A stretch of 46,242 nucleotides of DNA, filler included, from Catajapyx aquilonaris (Eukaryota), in assembly GCA_000934665.2 (NCBI GenBank). It is 2 parts of 2 records of this genome, joined end to end, with 100 filler letters (N's around TTAATTAATTAA, not from the genome) between each part and the next. Parts side by side here need not be neighbours in the genome. Positions count along the whole stretch, not along the records: positions 1 to 23,074 come from KZ539408.1; 1 more part is not named here. One strand, given 5' to 3'. Shown piece by piece: positions 1 to 12,321 of the stretch (within the stretch, counting starts at the first letter, position 1; each line of letters starts with the position of its first letter). The notes beneath the pieces are model-generated. The model did no database searches, was not told the origin of the DNA, and was given only the letters and a program-made list of their open reading frames with translations. Made by a program: the position numbers and the translations under genes.

Positions 1-240
1 GCCTAGGGGGCAGGATATGAACCTGACATTGCGCCCTGAGCACGAGACGACCTTGCTAAACCGATTGCCACTCCTGCCGCACAAAAGCCGGTGGGTGGGT
101 GGCCGCGATTGTCTTAGGGGCGCCCTCATCTTTATCATAGTTTATCTCGTTACCGGTTACTGCCTCGACATTTCTCCTCCCTTCATTTACGACTTGTTTT
201 GGGCCAATGAGTGCACTGCCGGACGAAGGGCGACTAGTAA

Positions 241-253
241 GGGACACCCTGTA
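241..253. mobile_element. Orphan Tc1/mariner-type terminal inverted repeat end
   Basis: GGGACACCCTG|TA is the reverse complement of TA|CAGGGTGTCCC. The same CAGGGTG terminus is seen at 9721, 10789, 18531 and near 22696. Confidence 0.45.
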
Positions 254-292
254 TAGGCGCTGTTTCTTAGGGATCCGAGTTACGTACAAATC

Positions 293-349
293 TGACTTAT
301 GAACGTTTTCAGGAATGTAACCCCGTTCGTAGACCAGGGACTACCTGTA
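293..349. mobile_element. pogo/Tigger-like MITE 3' end (second copy at ~12517-12573)
   Basis: GGAATGTAACCCCGTTCGTAGACCAGGGACTACCTG|TA closely matches GGAACGTAATCCCGTTGGTAGACAGGGGATTTCCTG|TA ending at 12573; both end in CTG|TA. Confidence 0.55.
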
Positions 350-720
350 TTGTAACATCTGTGAAATTATTTTGTTAAACTCCTCAATCATACCTACTTT
401 TTCGCATTAACTTATGTAAACAGATTTAACATACACAATAATTTTGTATTCAAGAATTACTGAAGCTACTAGGACCTCTGTAAAAAAATCTGTCATTACC
501 ACTACCACCAATATATTAAAATGCAAAACGGCTTAAATATTATTTTTTAAAATTATACAGCTGTTACAGGTATATTTATCAGACTAACTGTAAGAACAAG
601 AATAACATTACCATGTTCACAATATTACACTTGCAGAGTTAATCTCACACCTGAACTTATCACGAGATTGGCTATAATGCAATATTGTTAAGAACAGTCT
701 CTGCTAATTTTCCTATATAC

Positions 721-1098
721 CTTGGTGATCTCCAGCCCCTTCCCGTGCAACTCTCCAAGTATGCCAACCTCCCCGGTAGCCAATAAACTGGTGATCTGCT
801 TGAAAAAGACCGAGTTGAGCACCGCCACCCTTCTAGGGTTGGCCAGGTTTGACCCTCCTTGATGGTGTCCAGTCGACTCTGCTCCAGTCAAGGCCTGCTC
901 CTTGTGTAGAAGGTCCACTTCTCCCGTCCTGTACCAAACCTTCTTCAGTTTCCGGTTGCCAGAAGTCATCAGCTTCTTCATGAAGCGTGCTTCGCGAGTC
1001 GTGTTGTCTGCCCGCGACGACGATGCCCACCGAGAACCCGGGACACCCTGACAAATATGAACACATGGCCATACTAGTCTTCTGCACCCGGACAACAT
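721..1098 (-). CDS. RBFA: Mitochondrial ribosome-binding factor A, first coding exon (gene continues leftwards)
   Basis: Presequence-like MLSGCRRLVW..., then KKVWY and RRVAVLNSVFFKQITSLLATGEV...GLEITK, matching metazoan mtRBFA (human KKFWY...[21 protein letters not shown]...VELSKV). Donor AAG|gtatat at 720. Alternative in-frame ATG at 1122. Confidence 0.8.
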
Positions 1099-1180
1099 CG
1101 CTGGAACACCAGAGCAGTTCATATCTTGTTGTATAGTACAACACGGTAGCACGCTGTAGCAGATGACTGACTTGTGATAC

Positions 1181-1188
1181 TATCGATA
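1181..1188. promoter_or_regulatory. DRE motif (TATCGATA) upstream of RBFA
   Basis: Exact DRE palindrome 60-80 nt upstream of the candidate RBFA start codons. DRE is typical of arthropod housekeeping promoters; function here is inferred. Confidence 0.4.
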
Positions 1189-1316
1189 TGTGACTCTATC
1201 GACTGCGATGCTGGAAAATAATAAGCGCGAAATTGAAACAAGGGAAAGAGATGTACCGTTTCTTTCAGACAGTACCGGTTAAAATGCGGTGGTCTCTCTA
1301 GTGTCCTGTTGGTACT

Positions 1317-1573
1317 TTATAATTGATATAATTATTTAAGGAGGTTGGCCCAGCATTGCCTTTCAACCTCCAAGGATAGGGAAGGAAGGAAGCGGCTGTG
1401 GCCTATTATACGGAAGCAACCCCGGAATTATCCTAGGAAGACCGCGGAAAACCACAGAAAACCACAGAAAACCACGGTCAAGGTTGCCGGCACCGGGATT
1501 CGAACCCAGGACCTCCCGATTAGCAGTCGGACGCCTTATCCCGCCTTATCCACTATGCCAACCTGCTTCGGTG
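1317..1573 (-). mobile_element. tRNA-derived SINE with 17-bp target-site duplication
   Basis: The minus strand has an A box (TGGCATAGTGG), a B box (GGTTCGAATCC), a body GTGGTTTTC...GGCCACAGCCGCTTCCTTCC resembling Lm1-type insect SINEs, and an AT-rich tail. AGTGTCCTGTTGGTACT is repeated directly at 1300-1316 and 1574-1590. Confidence 0.9.
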
Positions 1574-2196
1574 AGTGTCCTGTTGGTACTGTCGTGGTCG
1601 TACGTAGCAGTTCAACCGATACGGACGTTAGCATAATTCTGAAACATCCGGTATAGTTGCTGCAATCAGAGACCAGTACTGACATCACTGCAATTGAATT
1701 GTTTTTGATACATTATTATTGATATTGTTGTAAGTCACTGTTGCCATTGTGGCGTAGTTAGGACATTTATCCTGACTCCATACAGTATAGCGACTTTAGC
1801 ATGTTATTTGCTTAAGCCGGCTTAAAAAGAAGAAACCCCTTGAACCCTTTAAACCCTTTTAAACTGAATTAGTAGCATACCGGTATATCATTCGTTTGTT
1901 ATGTTGTACCAAACACTCCTTGACCGTGGGGCTGGTTCAAAAAGTGACCCAAGGTGCATCAGGTGCATCAGGTGGATGATGATGATGATATGCCTACTTG
2001 TTGCCTCTTGAGAGATTTCTTTTTGCCCGACTTTATTCACTTTCAGCAATTGATGGGTTTTAATTGTGGGAGGAAATAATGAGAGAACCACGAAAAAAAC
2101 CACACGAACACGGAGATAAACTATCGAAAGTTAGAAACTCTTTCCATATGAGAAAATCTCCGTCCGATATGAGGATAGCGAAGCCGGGTTTCACCA

Positions 2197-2314
2197 CTAC
2201 TGAAAGTCGATCGTCAACCAAGGGTTTATAGGATATTACCAATTACTGGCCACAATATTAACCAGCAATTGATAACATCCGATAAACCCTCGGTCGACTA
2301 TCGACTTTCAGTAG
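2197..2314. repeat. 54-bp-arm imperfect palindrome (hairpin or palindromic MITE)
   Basis: Arms 2197-2250 and 2261-2314 match at 46/54 positions around a 10-nt loop; weaker pairing extends to ~2182/2333. Confidence 0.85.
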
Positions 2315-2678
2315 CCTATAGTGTAATACGACTCGTACGTACAACCTGGCATGGTGTGATATTCCACTGTTAACTTTCCTTGTGGTTTTACACGTTGTAT
2401 TATTTCTTATCATACTTATCGTGTCAAGAAAGGAGATAGAACCAAAAATGATAAGGTGTCAGGGAAAAGTTAGGGCAACCAGATGGCGACACAATGTTTT
2501 ATTTCCTACAACCACCACCCGAATGGTGAGTAACACTACATGACAATATGTGACTGCATTTTGTTATTAGATAATTATGTTAACTTGATAAACTCTCACA
2601 GTACCTGGAGCAGGATAGCCACGCATAGGTGTACAGGTTAATTAGGAGCTACAAATTGTCAACGTGTCTGCTGATGAA

Positions 2679-3120
2679 ATGATTCGCTGGTAAATAGTTT
2701 TTCACAGATAACACTATATATAGAAAGTTCCTTTATTTGCACAATGGCTCAGGTGTTTCAGGAAGTTTCTGTGCTGCAGCTCTAGGTTCGGATTTCTCTT
2801 CTTAGTAGTTGTTCTTGCTGCGTCATCTTTAATATTTTTCATTCACCTTAAATATTCAGGTAAGTCTAGCCTAATGTATTAACAAATGACACACTATTTT
2901 AGAAGCAAAAACCAGCCATCATATTTATTAATTGCGACTAATATAGCCTATCTATTTCAGGCATAGCCGTTGCTGAATTTGCATTGGTTCAAGAAATTGA
3001 CATCGTCAAAAGGCTCGCCCTAAAAATTCGAGAGTCGCAAAAGGAGTCACAGGAAGAGTTTATCAACATTTACAAACACATTTTAAATATGACGGACTTA
3101 AGTGAGGGTTGTCGTTGTTG

Positions 3121-3190
<70 letters not shown>

Positions 3191-5169
3191 GCACATGGCT
3201 GGTCATTAGTAATGATTATTCTATTTTAGAAAAACCTGAATTGCAGAATCAAAATCAACAAGTTACTCAGTTGAACGGAATGGGTATTCCAAATCTTTAC
3301 CATTTTGCACCACATCTGTCAAGAGATGAAAGAAGCCTTCGTCCAGCATTCATCAAATCTCGGAGACATGCAGATAACAACGGTAATAAAGCCACTAGAG
3401 AGCAGCAAGTGAATTTATTCAGAGAATAAGTTGGTAATTTTTTAACAATTTATTACAGCCAAAATAGTTTTGGGAATTCCAACAGTGAAGCGCCAATTCC
3501 AAAGCTACTTGTTGAGCACACTTCAGAATTTGATTACTTCAATGTCCGAGAAGGAACAGGCTGAATCTCTAATAGTAATCTTTGTTGGAGAAACAAACTT
3601 GACATACGTGGAGAGTGTGTGGGAGCAATTGCTACATCATTATCAGCCATACATCGACTCTGGTCTCATTGAACTTATATCACCACCTGCCTCATATTAT
3701 CCAGACATGGAGAAGTTGAAGGGAACTCTTGGAGATACATTTGTACGTGTCAAATGGAGGACCAAGCAAAATTTTGATTTTGCTTTTCTTATGATGTATT
3801 GCCAGGTAAAAAAATTATATAATTCATGTCAGTTTGTATTTTATTGGTAGTAATTGTTATTTGTAGGAAAAAGGGCAGTATTATGTGCAGCTAGAAGACG
3901 ACATCGTTGCGACGCCAGGTTTCATCACAACAATGACTCAGTTTGTTCTTGTTAACGCGACAGCGCATGAAGATTGGTTTGTGCTAGACTTTTGCCTTTT
4001 AGGTTTTATCGGTAAATTAAAAATTGCTGCTAATTGCTCAAGAGCGACTAATTTGCATGATATTTCTTATATTATAGGAAAAATGTTCAAAACTTCGCAA
4101 CTTCCCTGGCTCATTCAGTATATATTTATGTTTCACAACGAAAAACCTATCGATTGGCTTCTGGAGCACCTCATCCAGACCCGCATTTGTCGACTTGACA
4201 CAAATATTGTAAGTTCAGTTTTTCTACAATATTTTGAAGACAGGTTATTTTGGCGACGCATCAGAAATAATGCATCATTTTTCTTAATGTAATATTATAC
4301 AGTCGGAGTGCGAAGAAGCTAAAAATCAAATAGTTTTACACCATAAACCCTCGCTGTTTCAACACGTCGGATCGCATTCGTCCCTTCACGACAAGAACCA
4401 AGCCCTAAAGGTTAGATAATAATGGTTACATGGCGGCAAAAATCGCTATTTTAACTCCCCCTTTCAGGACAATGAATTTGGAATGGTTCCACTCTACACA
4501 CCACATATAAATCCACCTGCATTTGTCAATACGTCACTTAAACACTACCAAAATTTTACCTTGACTGGGGCTTACCTAGGGGACACCTATTTTTGGGGTG
4601 TGGCTCCCACGCATGACTCTTATGTTTCATTCTTCTTCACGCCACCTATTTTTATTCAAAGGTAAGTGTGCAATATTGAATATTTCCATGATGGTTCTGA
4701 CACCCAAACAGGGCTGTGTCCTTGTTGAAAAATATGTGCTGGCAGTTTTAGGGGCCAAGAACCGTTGACAAAATAATGTTTATGTCCAAAGGTACCATTT
4801 CCGGAGTGGGAACCTGGAGCATCCATCAGATCGTTTCTACGAGACTGCTGTGGAATTATGTCCAGTAGATGGTGTGGACAAATTTTTGGAGACCCATATC
4901 ACCACTGTTGATGGCTATGTAGTTGCAGGACCTGATTTTGATGACATGGGAATTGCTAATGGAAACGTGGATCCTGCCTTGGGTAGGATCCAATCCTTGC
5001 GTTTGCATGTGCTGGAGTCGACTGAACAATGGGTCATCCTGAGCGAGGTGACCTGATAATATATTTAAAAAATCATCAAGTTGTATAATATTCTGACGAT
5101 TTATTACATGCTCGATACAAGCTTGCATTATTTCGTTTACAGATTTATATAGAAGAAGCCATTCGCTGA
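2679..5169 (+). CDS. MGAT4: Alpha-1,3-mannosyl-glycoprotein 4-beta-N-acetylglucosaminyltransferase (GnT-IV, GT54)
   Basis: 11 exons: 2679-2689, 2753-2859, 2961-3101, 3230-3382, 3459-3805, 3867-4011, 4078-4208, 4303-4410, 4468-4661, 4792-5047, 5143-5169; all introns GT-AG and in phase. Type II TM helix (FGFLFLVVVLAASSLIFFI); motifs VLGIPTVKR, WRTKQNFDF, YYVQLEDD, LGFIGKMF, KPSLFQHVG, FRSGNLEHPSD, WVILSEI. Confidence 0.93.
3116..3190. repeat. (TTG)n(TTA)n microsatellite in MGAT4 intron 3
   Basis: Directly visible trinucleotide run. Confidence 0.97.
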
Positions 5170-5472
5170 AGCTTGACTTGGTTGTCTCTTCCATACATGG
5201 GGATGTTGTTCCAGATATCCATAATGTGACTTATTTAATGCTAATAAATATTTTGTCTAGGTTCTTGCAATGTGAGTTATTGTACAATATTAGTGGCATT
5301 GTGCAGCAAAAGGTTATGTATGGTACTACTCAAGGCATAGAGTCACAAGAAGACATTGATCATAGTCATATGGTCATATTCTCGTTGTTCGTTGCCGATT
5401 TACAATTCGTGGTGTCTACACTAGTAAATGCCGAAATAATGGAATGGTGTAATCCAGTTGTTAACCTACTCG

Positions 5473-5473
<1 letters not shown>

Positions 5474-5537
<64 letters not shown>
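5474..5537. repeat. (TTA)n microsatellite
   Basis: Directly visible trinucleotide run. Confidence 0.97.
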
Positions 5538-6494
5538 GCAAATTCGCACTCATATTTACAAACAAGCTGATTCGGTTATTATCATTAAATAAATTGTTAT
5601 GTTTTAACATGATTTATTTCTCAAAATTCTAGGTTTAATTTTCTAAATAATTTATCGTGATTTAGCGCCCCTGTGCATAATCTCACATCGAGAAGGGTTT
5701 TCTGGATTGTCTTTCCACGACTTTTGTGAAGAACAGTTACATTTCAGGGGAGTAGCATTCACCGAGTGCCCAAGCAAAAGTCTCGTTATTCCTTACCAAA
5801 TGTTATACCATTAGGTACAAAATAATATTGGTAGGTGTGTGTGTGCCAAGAAAAATTTGGAGATTATTCCATGCTGTGTATCAGAATTTCACTGACTCCT
5901 TATCGACGAGAATTTTGTGTAAGCTCATAAGTTACGCTGGTTCTCCTGATTGCTAGGAAGAGGAGGTGAGCGTGGGGGAAATTAGATGCACACGATTATA
6001 ACTCTGGATGGTAAGTCATGATTACTTGTTAGAGGTAATAATTAATGTGAGTCCAAAAACATGCTTCAGTGAAACAAATTATAACTTAAAAAGTCTCTAA
6101 ATAAGCAAAAGGACAATATGAAGTGATGTCAGTAATATAACTGCATAGTTTCTATGAGCCAAACCCAGGCCAAACCCACTGTCGTGTGCTATCCCATCCA
6201 CTATCACCTATTCTATGTGACTTTGATCCCTTGTTTATGGTACAGGTATCACTCTAACATTTGAAGTCAGGCAATTAAAAAATCAACTTCAGTTCAGTAG
6301 TTGTTAGACCTTACTATAAAATTAAAAAACTATCCACCTATTAGTAGCAGTCACTTCTAAAAACAAATAAAGCAACAGGACTAAATACATATTGGAGTAA
6401 CTTCTAGGACTCCCGTTAAAGCAGCCGTCGGCTGTAATAGAGGCACAATTAATGGGAAAAGAATTATTTTTCGACAATGTTTTCGACCATGCCA

Positions 6495-8913
6495 TTATTC
6501 CGACTTACTCTTCCACCCTATGATGTCACCATTCGCTTCGTTTTCTTTGATCAACCATGTCTCCAATGGCATAAAATATTCTCGAATTGGGTCTACGGCC
6601 ATTAACTTGGTTCCTGTCAAGGCTTCCAATGCTTCTGGCCATGGCTTGCTGGAACCTAACCTCATCATATCCCTGTAAAATATATAGTTCAGCAAATAAC
6701 AGACTCTTATGTTCTATAACAGTTGTTTTACCACTTACGATAGCTTTTGCCCCGCGTTGGTTGAGTTGTAAAAGTCGCAAGTGTGCAATGGACCTGTGTG
6801 CCCAGCAGCACGGCACAAAGACTGACCGAACTGAAACTGAACGATGGTTCGGATGAAGTATCGTATCATGTCGTAATCAAGGGCTACGTGGAAAATTGCT
6901 GCAGGATCTAGGTCACTTGCATCTCGTGTGATTGGTGCCTTGACACCAACTATATCTTCTCTGAAAATGCAGAAATGATGATAAATACCAGGGAGACAGT
7001 GTTAAGAGAAAAACGTACTTCAGCTTCCAATATTCTGAATTCCATCTCTCGGAAGGTATTTCACCAGCGAAAACTTTCCATCTCCACAAATCGTTGACCA
7101 GATGAAACGGTAAGGTCGATATTGTAGTGAGAGCCATTCTGAGCAAAAAGTTGATATCTTGTTCTGAAATTAAGAGGAATATAATGTTGAGCTCATTGAA
7201 TACGACATATGGTTTTATTATTTACCATAATTTCTTTCGTAATCCGGAAGCAGGCCTATTGCCTGCATATGTTGTGGGGTAGACACACACATGCTCATTA
7301 GTTCGCCGATTGCTTCATGAAATCCGTCGTTTGCTCCGTTCCTGCAAATCCATACGCATATAGCTTAATCAGATTCATCATCATCATTAACATTAATAAA
7401 AGAAAAGTCAACCGTATGTATGTGTTAAAATAGCGTACAGTATCCTGGTTCTGGTGTAACTAACCTGTATACAAATGGCTGATGAGAATATTGCAAGAAA
7501 TATTGCACGTGGCCCAATTCGTGATGAATGGTGAGAAAATCATCCAGGGTAACGTTAGCGCACATTTTAATCCTGAAATGAACCACAATTTGAAACACCA
7601 CGTGACCCTAAGATCTGATTACCCTATATGCATATAAGTCACCTGAAATCTTGACCATCTCCAAAGTCCCATGCCGTGGCATGGCACATAACTTCTCTTC
7701 CTTCAGGTCGTTGTAACATGGACTTGGTCCAAAAAGTAGAAGGTAGTGGAAGAAGACCCATGGACACATAGAAATCTTCCGCCACTTGAAACATTTTGAT
7801 AACGTCATACCCAAGCTTTCCGAATTGGTCAGTCGGGTCTATAGGTTTCTGATTTGGAAATGGCTTTACTATAGGGTACAGACCCAGCCAAAAACGACCC
7901 CACATGTCTCCCAACAAGTGAGCAGGTAGAGGCCCATGGACATCTACTTCAGAAGGCCCATAAGTTGCGTACAATTTTCTTCTGACGTAAGAATGAAGTT
8001 GTAGATACAGCGGTCGCAGCTGTTTGTATAAATCCATTACGTCATCCTCGAATGTGTCAGTCTCGTACTTACTCCTACAATGAGTGTTTAAAAAAACTAA
8101 CTGAACAAAAGAGTAGATATTAAGATCGACAATTTTTAAAATACCTCCAGAAGTGACCATAATCATCGTATCCATTAAGTTTGGCCAACTGATTCTTCAA
8201 TTGCACATACTCCATGTACAAAGGTCTTATGGGTCGTCCTACATTTTCCCTCCAAGTTTTCCACACTAACAATCTTTCTGAAGCCTCCGTGGAGCTGAAC
8301 ATAATGTCCTCCAAATGTGGATTTAAACTGAGCAACTGTTTGCTGCCAGGTATCGAGATCTTAGCTTCTGCATAAATCTTCCCCATTTTGGACAAGACAG
8401 AAACAAGCCTCGACTGATCTTGTGGACTCGATCGTCTACCGCACTTCTTCAACTGCCTCTTCGTATCTTCTGAAAAATCTGTTGCGTCGAAAATGCTGGC
8501 ATTCTGATACGCCTCACTTTGAAAATTGTCCATAATTAACTGGGCTTCCTCCTACAAACAGAAAAGTTTTATTCCAATGCAATGATGGAAGTGTACCATG
8601 CGAGCCAACTTACCGATTTTTTAGCGTTGTAATCGGTTAGGTTGGTACTATAGCTCCACTCAGCTGTCACCAACTTTTGATTGAGGCGACTGCACTCATC
8701 GTTATATCGCTTTAAGAAATTCACTGCGTCCTGTTCATTCATATTACTCTGAGCTGCTACGCACACTCTGTAGTGTATAAGCACATGCATATACGCACAG
8801 TTTATTATGTAGACCCAATAAATCGCAAGTCCACCGGAGATAAAAATGACTTACCTAGATACGGAGGCTACATAGATGAATGTCATGGCCAAGGCTAAAG
8901 TGCATGTACTCAT
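6495..8913 (-). CDS. Secreted single-domain M2-family zinc peptidase (ACE family, ACE2-like active site), ~606 aa
   Basis: 9 exons: 8913-8855, 8767-8614, 8551-8145, 8074-7643, 7572-7465, 7341-7226, 7163-7019, 6960-6739, 6672-6495 (1821 nt, phases consistent). Signal peptide [25 protein letters not shown], intact HHELGH and GFHEAIGE zinc ligands, [14 protein letters not shown]; ends IIGWKSKSE* with no TM anchor. Confidence 0.95.
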
Positions 8914-10253
8914 TTTGTCACGTGTCTTCTAGCAAGACAGGTTACTTGATTCTTAATAGTGATGTCGCATAATCCAAATACGGACCATGCACTATCTTCC
9001 CCAAAATACGACCTGCTACTGATGGATATCACACTTTTTGTCGGCGGGGAGGTTATTTCTGTGCCAACGGGAACATCTATTCTTAGTCCTGAAGGCTGAA
9101 TCTATCTGCAAATGTAGCGGGAGTAAAATTCAAATAACTATTGTAAATAGGCCTATATGCTTACCTCCCACGAGGACATTCAGTTGTGACCAGGATGAAG
9201 AAGGTCGGATGCCCAACTGCGAGTTGCGGTGCAAAATAATTGTGTATACTCTTGGCTAGTACCGGTATCCGAAAGATGTCGTTAACGTGACAGTAGTATA
9301 GTCAGCCTATAAGGTCACAAAAATCCGGTTCAGTGGCCAGAAAGGATAGGATGTAAAAACAAAAAAATGCAGTTAGGTATGTTGCACATTCAACTCACGT
9401 TTGAGGCGCTCTAATTCAAGGCCAAGGACATTTACACGGATTATTATTGGTCACAAAGATTTCTCTGACTCTGTCACGCAAAGGATGTTTTTAAATTCAA
9501 TAATATGTTGTGTATAGTCTGCTGTTTTTTTCCCTAAACATTAGGTCATTATGTATGCCATTAGATTTGAAAGAAGCCTAATGTTCTTTCAAGGTGATAA
9601 CTACATGTTGTTTTGCTTTAATGACTCTTTTGCATGGCAGTGGTTTTGACCAATATCCAACAGATATTACAAGTAGACTAATAATAATGAATTGGAAAAA
9701 TTCAGACCACTCTTTGTATACAGGGTGATCCAAAATACTTTGCCGCCTAATATGGCTATTTGTTAGGACTATAAGCTCCTTATTTTGTAGCAGTTACTTT
9801 CGCATTGTTATTTTTAGTGGTTAGTATTAGGTAAAAGTATTAGGTGCTAATATTACGCCGAAATGAATCATTCAAGCTTTGAAAGAGTATTAAAAGCAAC
9901 AGCGATCCAAGTTCGGATATTATGCTAGATGGACATTCACAAACGACCAAGATTACTTTTATACCACAAAAATATACATTTTTACTCAGCGAGCTGCCAC
10001 TTCAGCCACTCGCGCAGAAAACAACTATAGCGAGCGTGGTAGTGTATTAGGAGGAGAAGTTAGCAAGTTATAGACCATTGTCAACAACCTGCAATAAAAT
10101 GACAATGGCTCAAGCACAAGACGGCTGAAGGTATATACAAGAGTTTCTCCTGCCTCGCACCAACATGCAAGTTTGACTATACCGTGGAGGTGGACACCAT
10201 CTTTCTTTCCTCTCACACAAATATTGCAGGTTTCCACAGTTTATATCGGTTTA

Positions 10254-10521
10254 TATATGAAGACCTCGGGGGAAGAACCATCAAGGTCCACTTTTTGTCA
10301 AAAATGAGTTACATATCTCAGAAGATACTTTTCACTAGTGTAGAATATGATGGTTTGGTCGGGGCTGTGGAGTTATGGTCTTAGCTCATAAGTCACAATA
10401 TGGAAGACCCCGAAAGTAGGATTTACAATGGAGCCTTATGGGCCTTCGAAATTTAAAATGGAATCATCTCAGCTTCACCTGAATTGGACCTTGATCGTTT
10501 TTCTCCCGAGGTCTTCATATA
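10254..10521. mobile_element. MITE with ~37-bp TIRs and TA-rich ends
   Basis: TATATGAAGACCTCGGGGGAAGAACCATCAAGGTCCA (10254-10290) matches the reverse complement of 10485-10521 with 3 mismatches. Confidence 0.85.
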
Positions 10522-10788
10522 CAATATCACGCACATTTATAGAAAGGCAAGGGAAATAACCTTTCCTGCAGTAAATTAATTCCGCCGTGCATTATTTTAA
10601 ATTAGTCTATTAATAACTAGAGACTTCGGTATACAGAATGCTATCCAAAAATTTATATCCTGGCTACTAATATGATGCAAGTGACAAGAACACAATCATA
10701 AGGATTAAGAATGTTCACTGGTCTTTGAATTCATCTGCCCGATGATCTGCTGTAGCCTGTATAGGCTATACACATGTTGATGTCTATA

Positions 10789-11221
10789 CAGGGTGCAATT
10801 GAATCGACCAGTCAGACTTGTACCCGTGGCTTAATTGTCACCATCAGAGAATCATGTTATGTAAAGGAGTCGTTATGTCTGGGCAGCCTCACTACTGAGA
10901 TAATTGCCTTCAAACGACAAGTACAAAGTATCCTGGGAGGTATGGAAACCTTCAGCCCCGATGTAGCATCACCGGTCAAATAATAGCAGCTTTTCCATTT
11001 GGCTACTAGCATGTCGCATGGCACACACCAGCACACACTGACACGCACTGGTCACTGCTATTTGACAGCAATCACTCTTAGGCCCAATCTCTAAATCGCA
11101 AATGATCAATTATCTCAGTAATGAGGCTGCCCAGACATAATGACTCCTCTACATAACATGGTCCTCTGGTGACAATTAAGCAACGGGTACAGGTCCGACT
11201 GGTCGATTCAATTACACCCTG
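10789..11221. mobile_element. Tc1/mariner-type MITE with ~115-bp TIRs and TA TSD
   Basis: TA|CAGGGTGCAATTGAATCGACCAGTC ... GACTGGTCGATTCAATTACACCCTG|TA; arms 10789-10906 and 11107-11221. Confidence 0.92.
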
Positions 11222-11325
11222 TATATATATGCGCTGTTCCTAAGGGGTCCAAGGGGCCGTCCATAATCCACGCGGACATATTTTTCACTTTCTTACCCCC
11301 CCCCCCCCCCCCNNNNNNNNNNATA

Positions 11326-12321
11326 CAGTAAAACTTCTATAAGTCTAACTTCCCTAAGTCGAAGTTCTCTAAAAGTCGAAGAAAATAATGAGCTTAGTTG
11401 GTCACAATGTAAAACAATAGTCCTGAAATAAATTTCCCTAACTCGAATTTCTATAACTCGAAGTTCTCCATAACTCGAAGTGCAGGCAGGGCCTTACGAT
11501 GAGATATCAATGCATTTTCAGTCTCCCTAAGTCGAAGTTCATGTTGGCGAGTACGGAAAATTTACCCATTCCTAGCAGAAGGGTCGAGAGTAGGCCACAT
11601 GTACAGAAAGGCTCAATTTCCTGATCTCCGTCTACCAGACGTACCGAAAGAAGTGTTTGACTCGATTGTGACAATAATTGAATCCTTGATTCTAAGACAG
11701 CGGTTCTCAAACTTTGCCACATCGGGCCCCCCTACAAAGTAATTTCAGATTTCGCGCCCCCCCCTCCCCTCCCCCAAACCGAATAAGCCCGCCGCAGGCG
11801 AAATTTTGTTGTTGTTCAAGGTCACAATCTTAGGTGAATGTAATAACTGACAAAGTACAGTGGAATCCTCCTATATACTGTAAGCACATCGGATATAAGC
11901 AAGTAGAAAGGTCGGGCCCAAATATTTCCAGCAGTGCCAATGTCCAAGCGCAGTTGAATCCGGATATAACAGACTTGTCTGCTATTATCTGACTGCACAA
12001 ATCCTTATTCAGAACTGCACATTTGGCTTTTAGAACTGCATGAATTGTGTAGAACTGCACGATACAGTAAACCCTGAGAAGTAGTTCTTACCTAATCAGT
12101 GCGACTTTTGTCCTGTTTCGAGTCACATAAACACGAACATTGTAAGTGTGACCGTGACAATTATTTTTAAGTTTTGAACACCTTTCGTCGCGGGATATAA
12201 AGGTATAGGCTTCCTTGTAAAGTTCTGTCCTTAAAAAACGCCAAACTTCTCTAACTGGAATCTTCTATAACTCGAAGTTTTTTCCCGGTCCCATGGAGAT
12301 TCGACTTATAGAAGTTTTACT
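11326..12321. mobile_element. pogo/Tigger-like non-autonomous element nested in the Harbinger-like MITE
   Basis: TA|CAGTAAAACTTCTATAAGTC ... GACTTATAGAAGTTTTACT, with many subterminal CTATAACTCGAAG-like repeats. Confidence 0.8.
11698..11830. mobile_element. hAT/Charlie-like MITE fragment
   Basis: Starts CAGCGGTTCTCAAACTTT (MER5/Charlie-type end). Internal GCCCGCCGCAGGCGAAATTTT...GTTCAAGGTCACAA recurs near 44888-44927. Confidence 0.55.

Noticed and set aside
1480..1573. tRNA gene (GCT anticodon-like loop)
   Set aside because: No clear acceptor stem, a duplicated D-arm segment, and it is joined to a SINE body, tail and 17-bp TSD.
2744..2785. ATG at 2744 as the MGAT4 start
   Set aside because: Out of frame with the TM segment and stops after 13 codons; ATG 2679 plus a 63-nt intron fits.
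2984..3429. Poly-Tyr and poly-Leu ORFs (also poly-Ile at 5178-5570)
   Set aside because: These are translations of (TTA)n microsatellites; the first lies in an MGAT4 intron.
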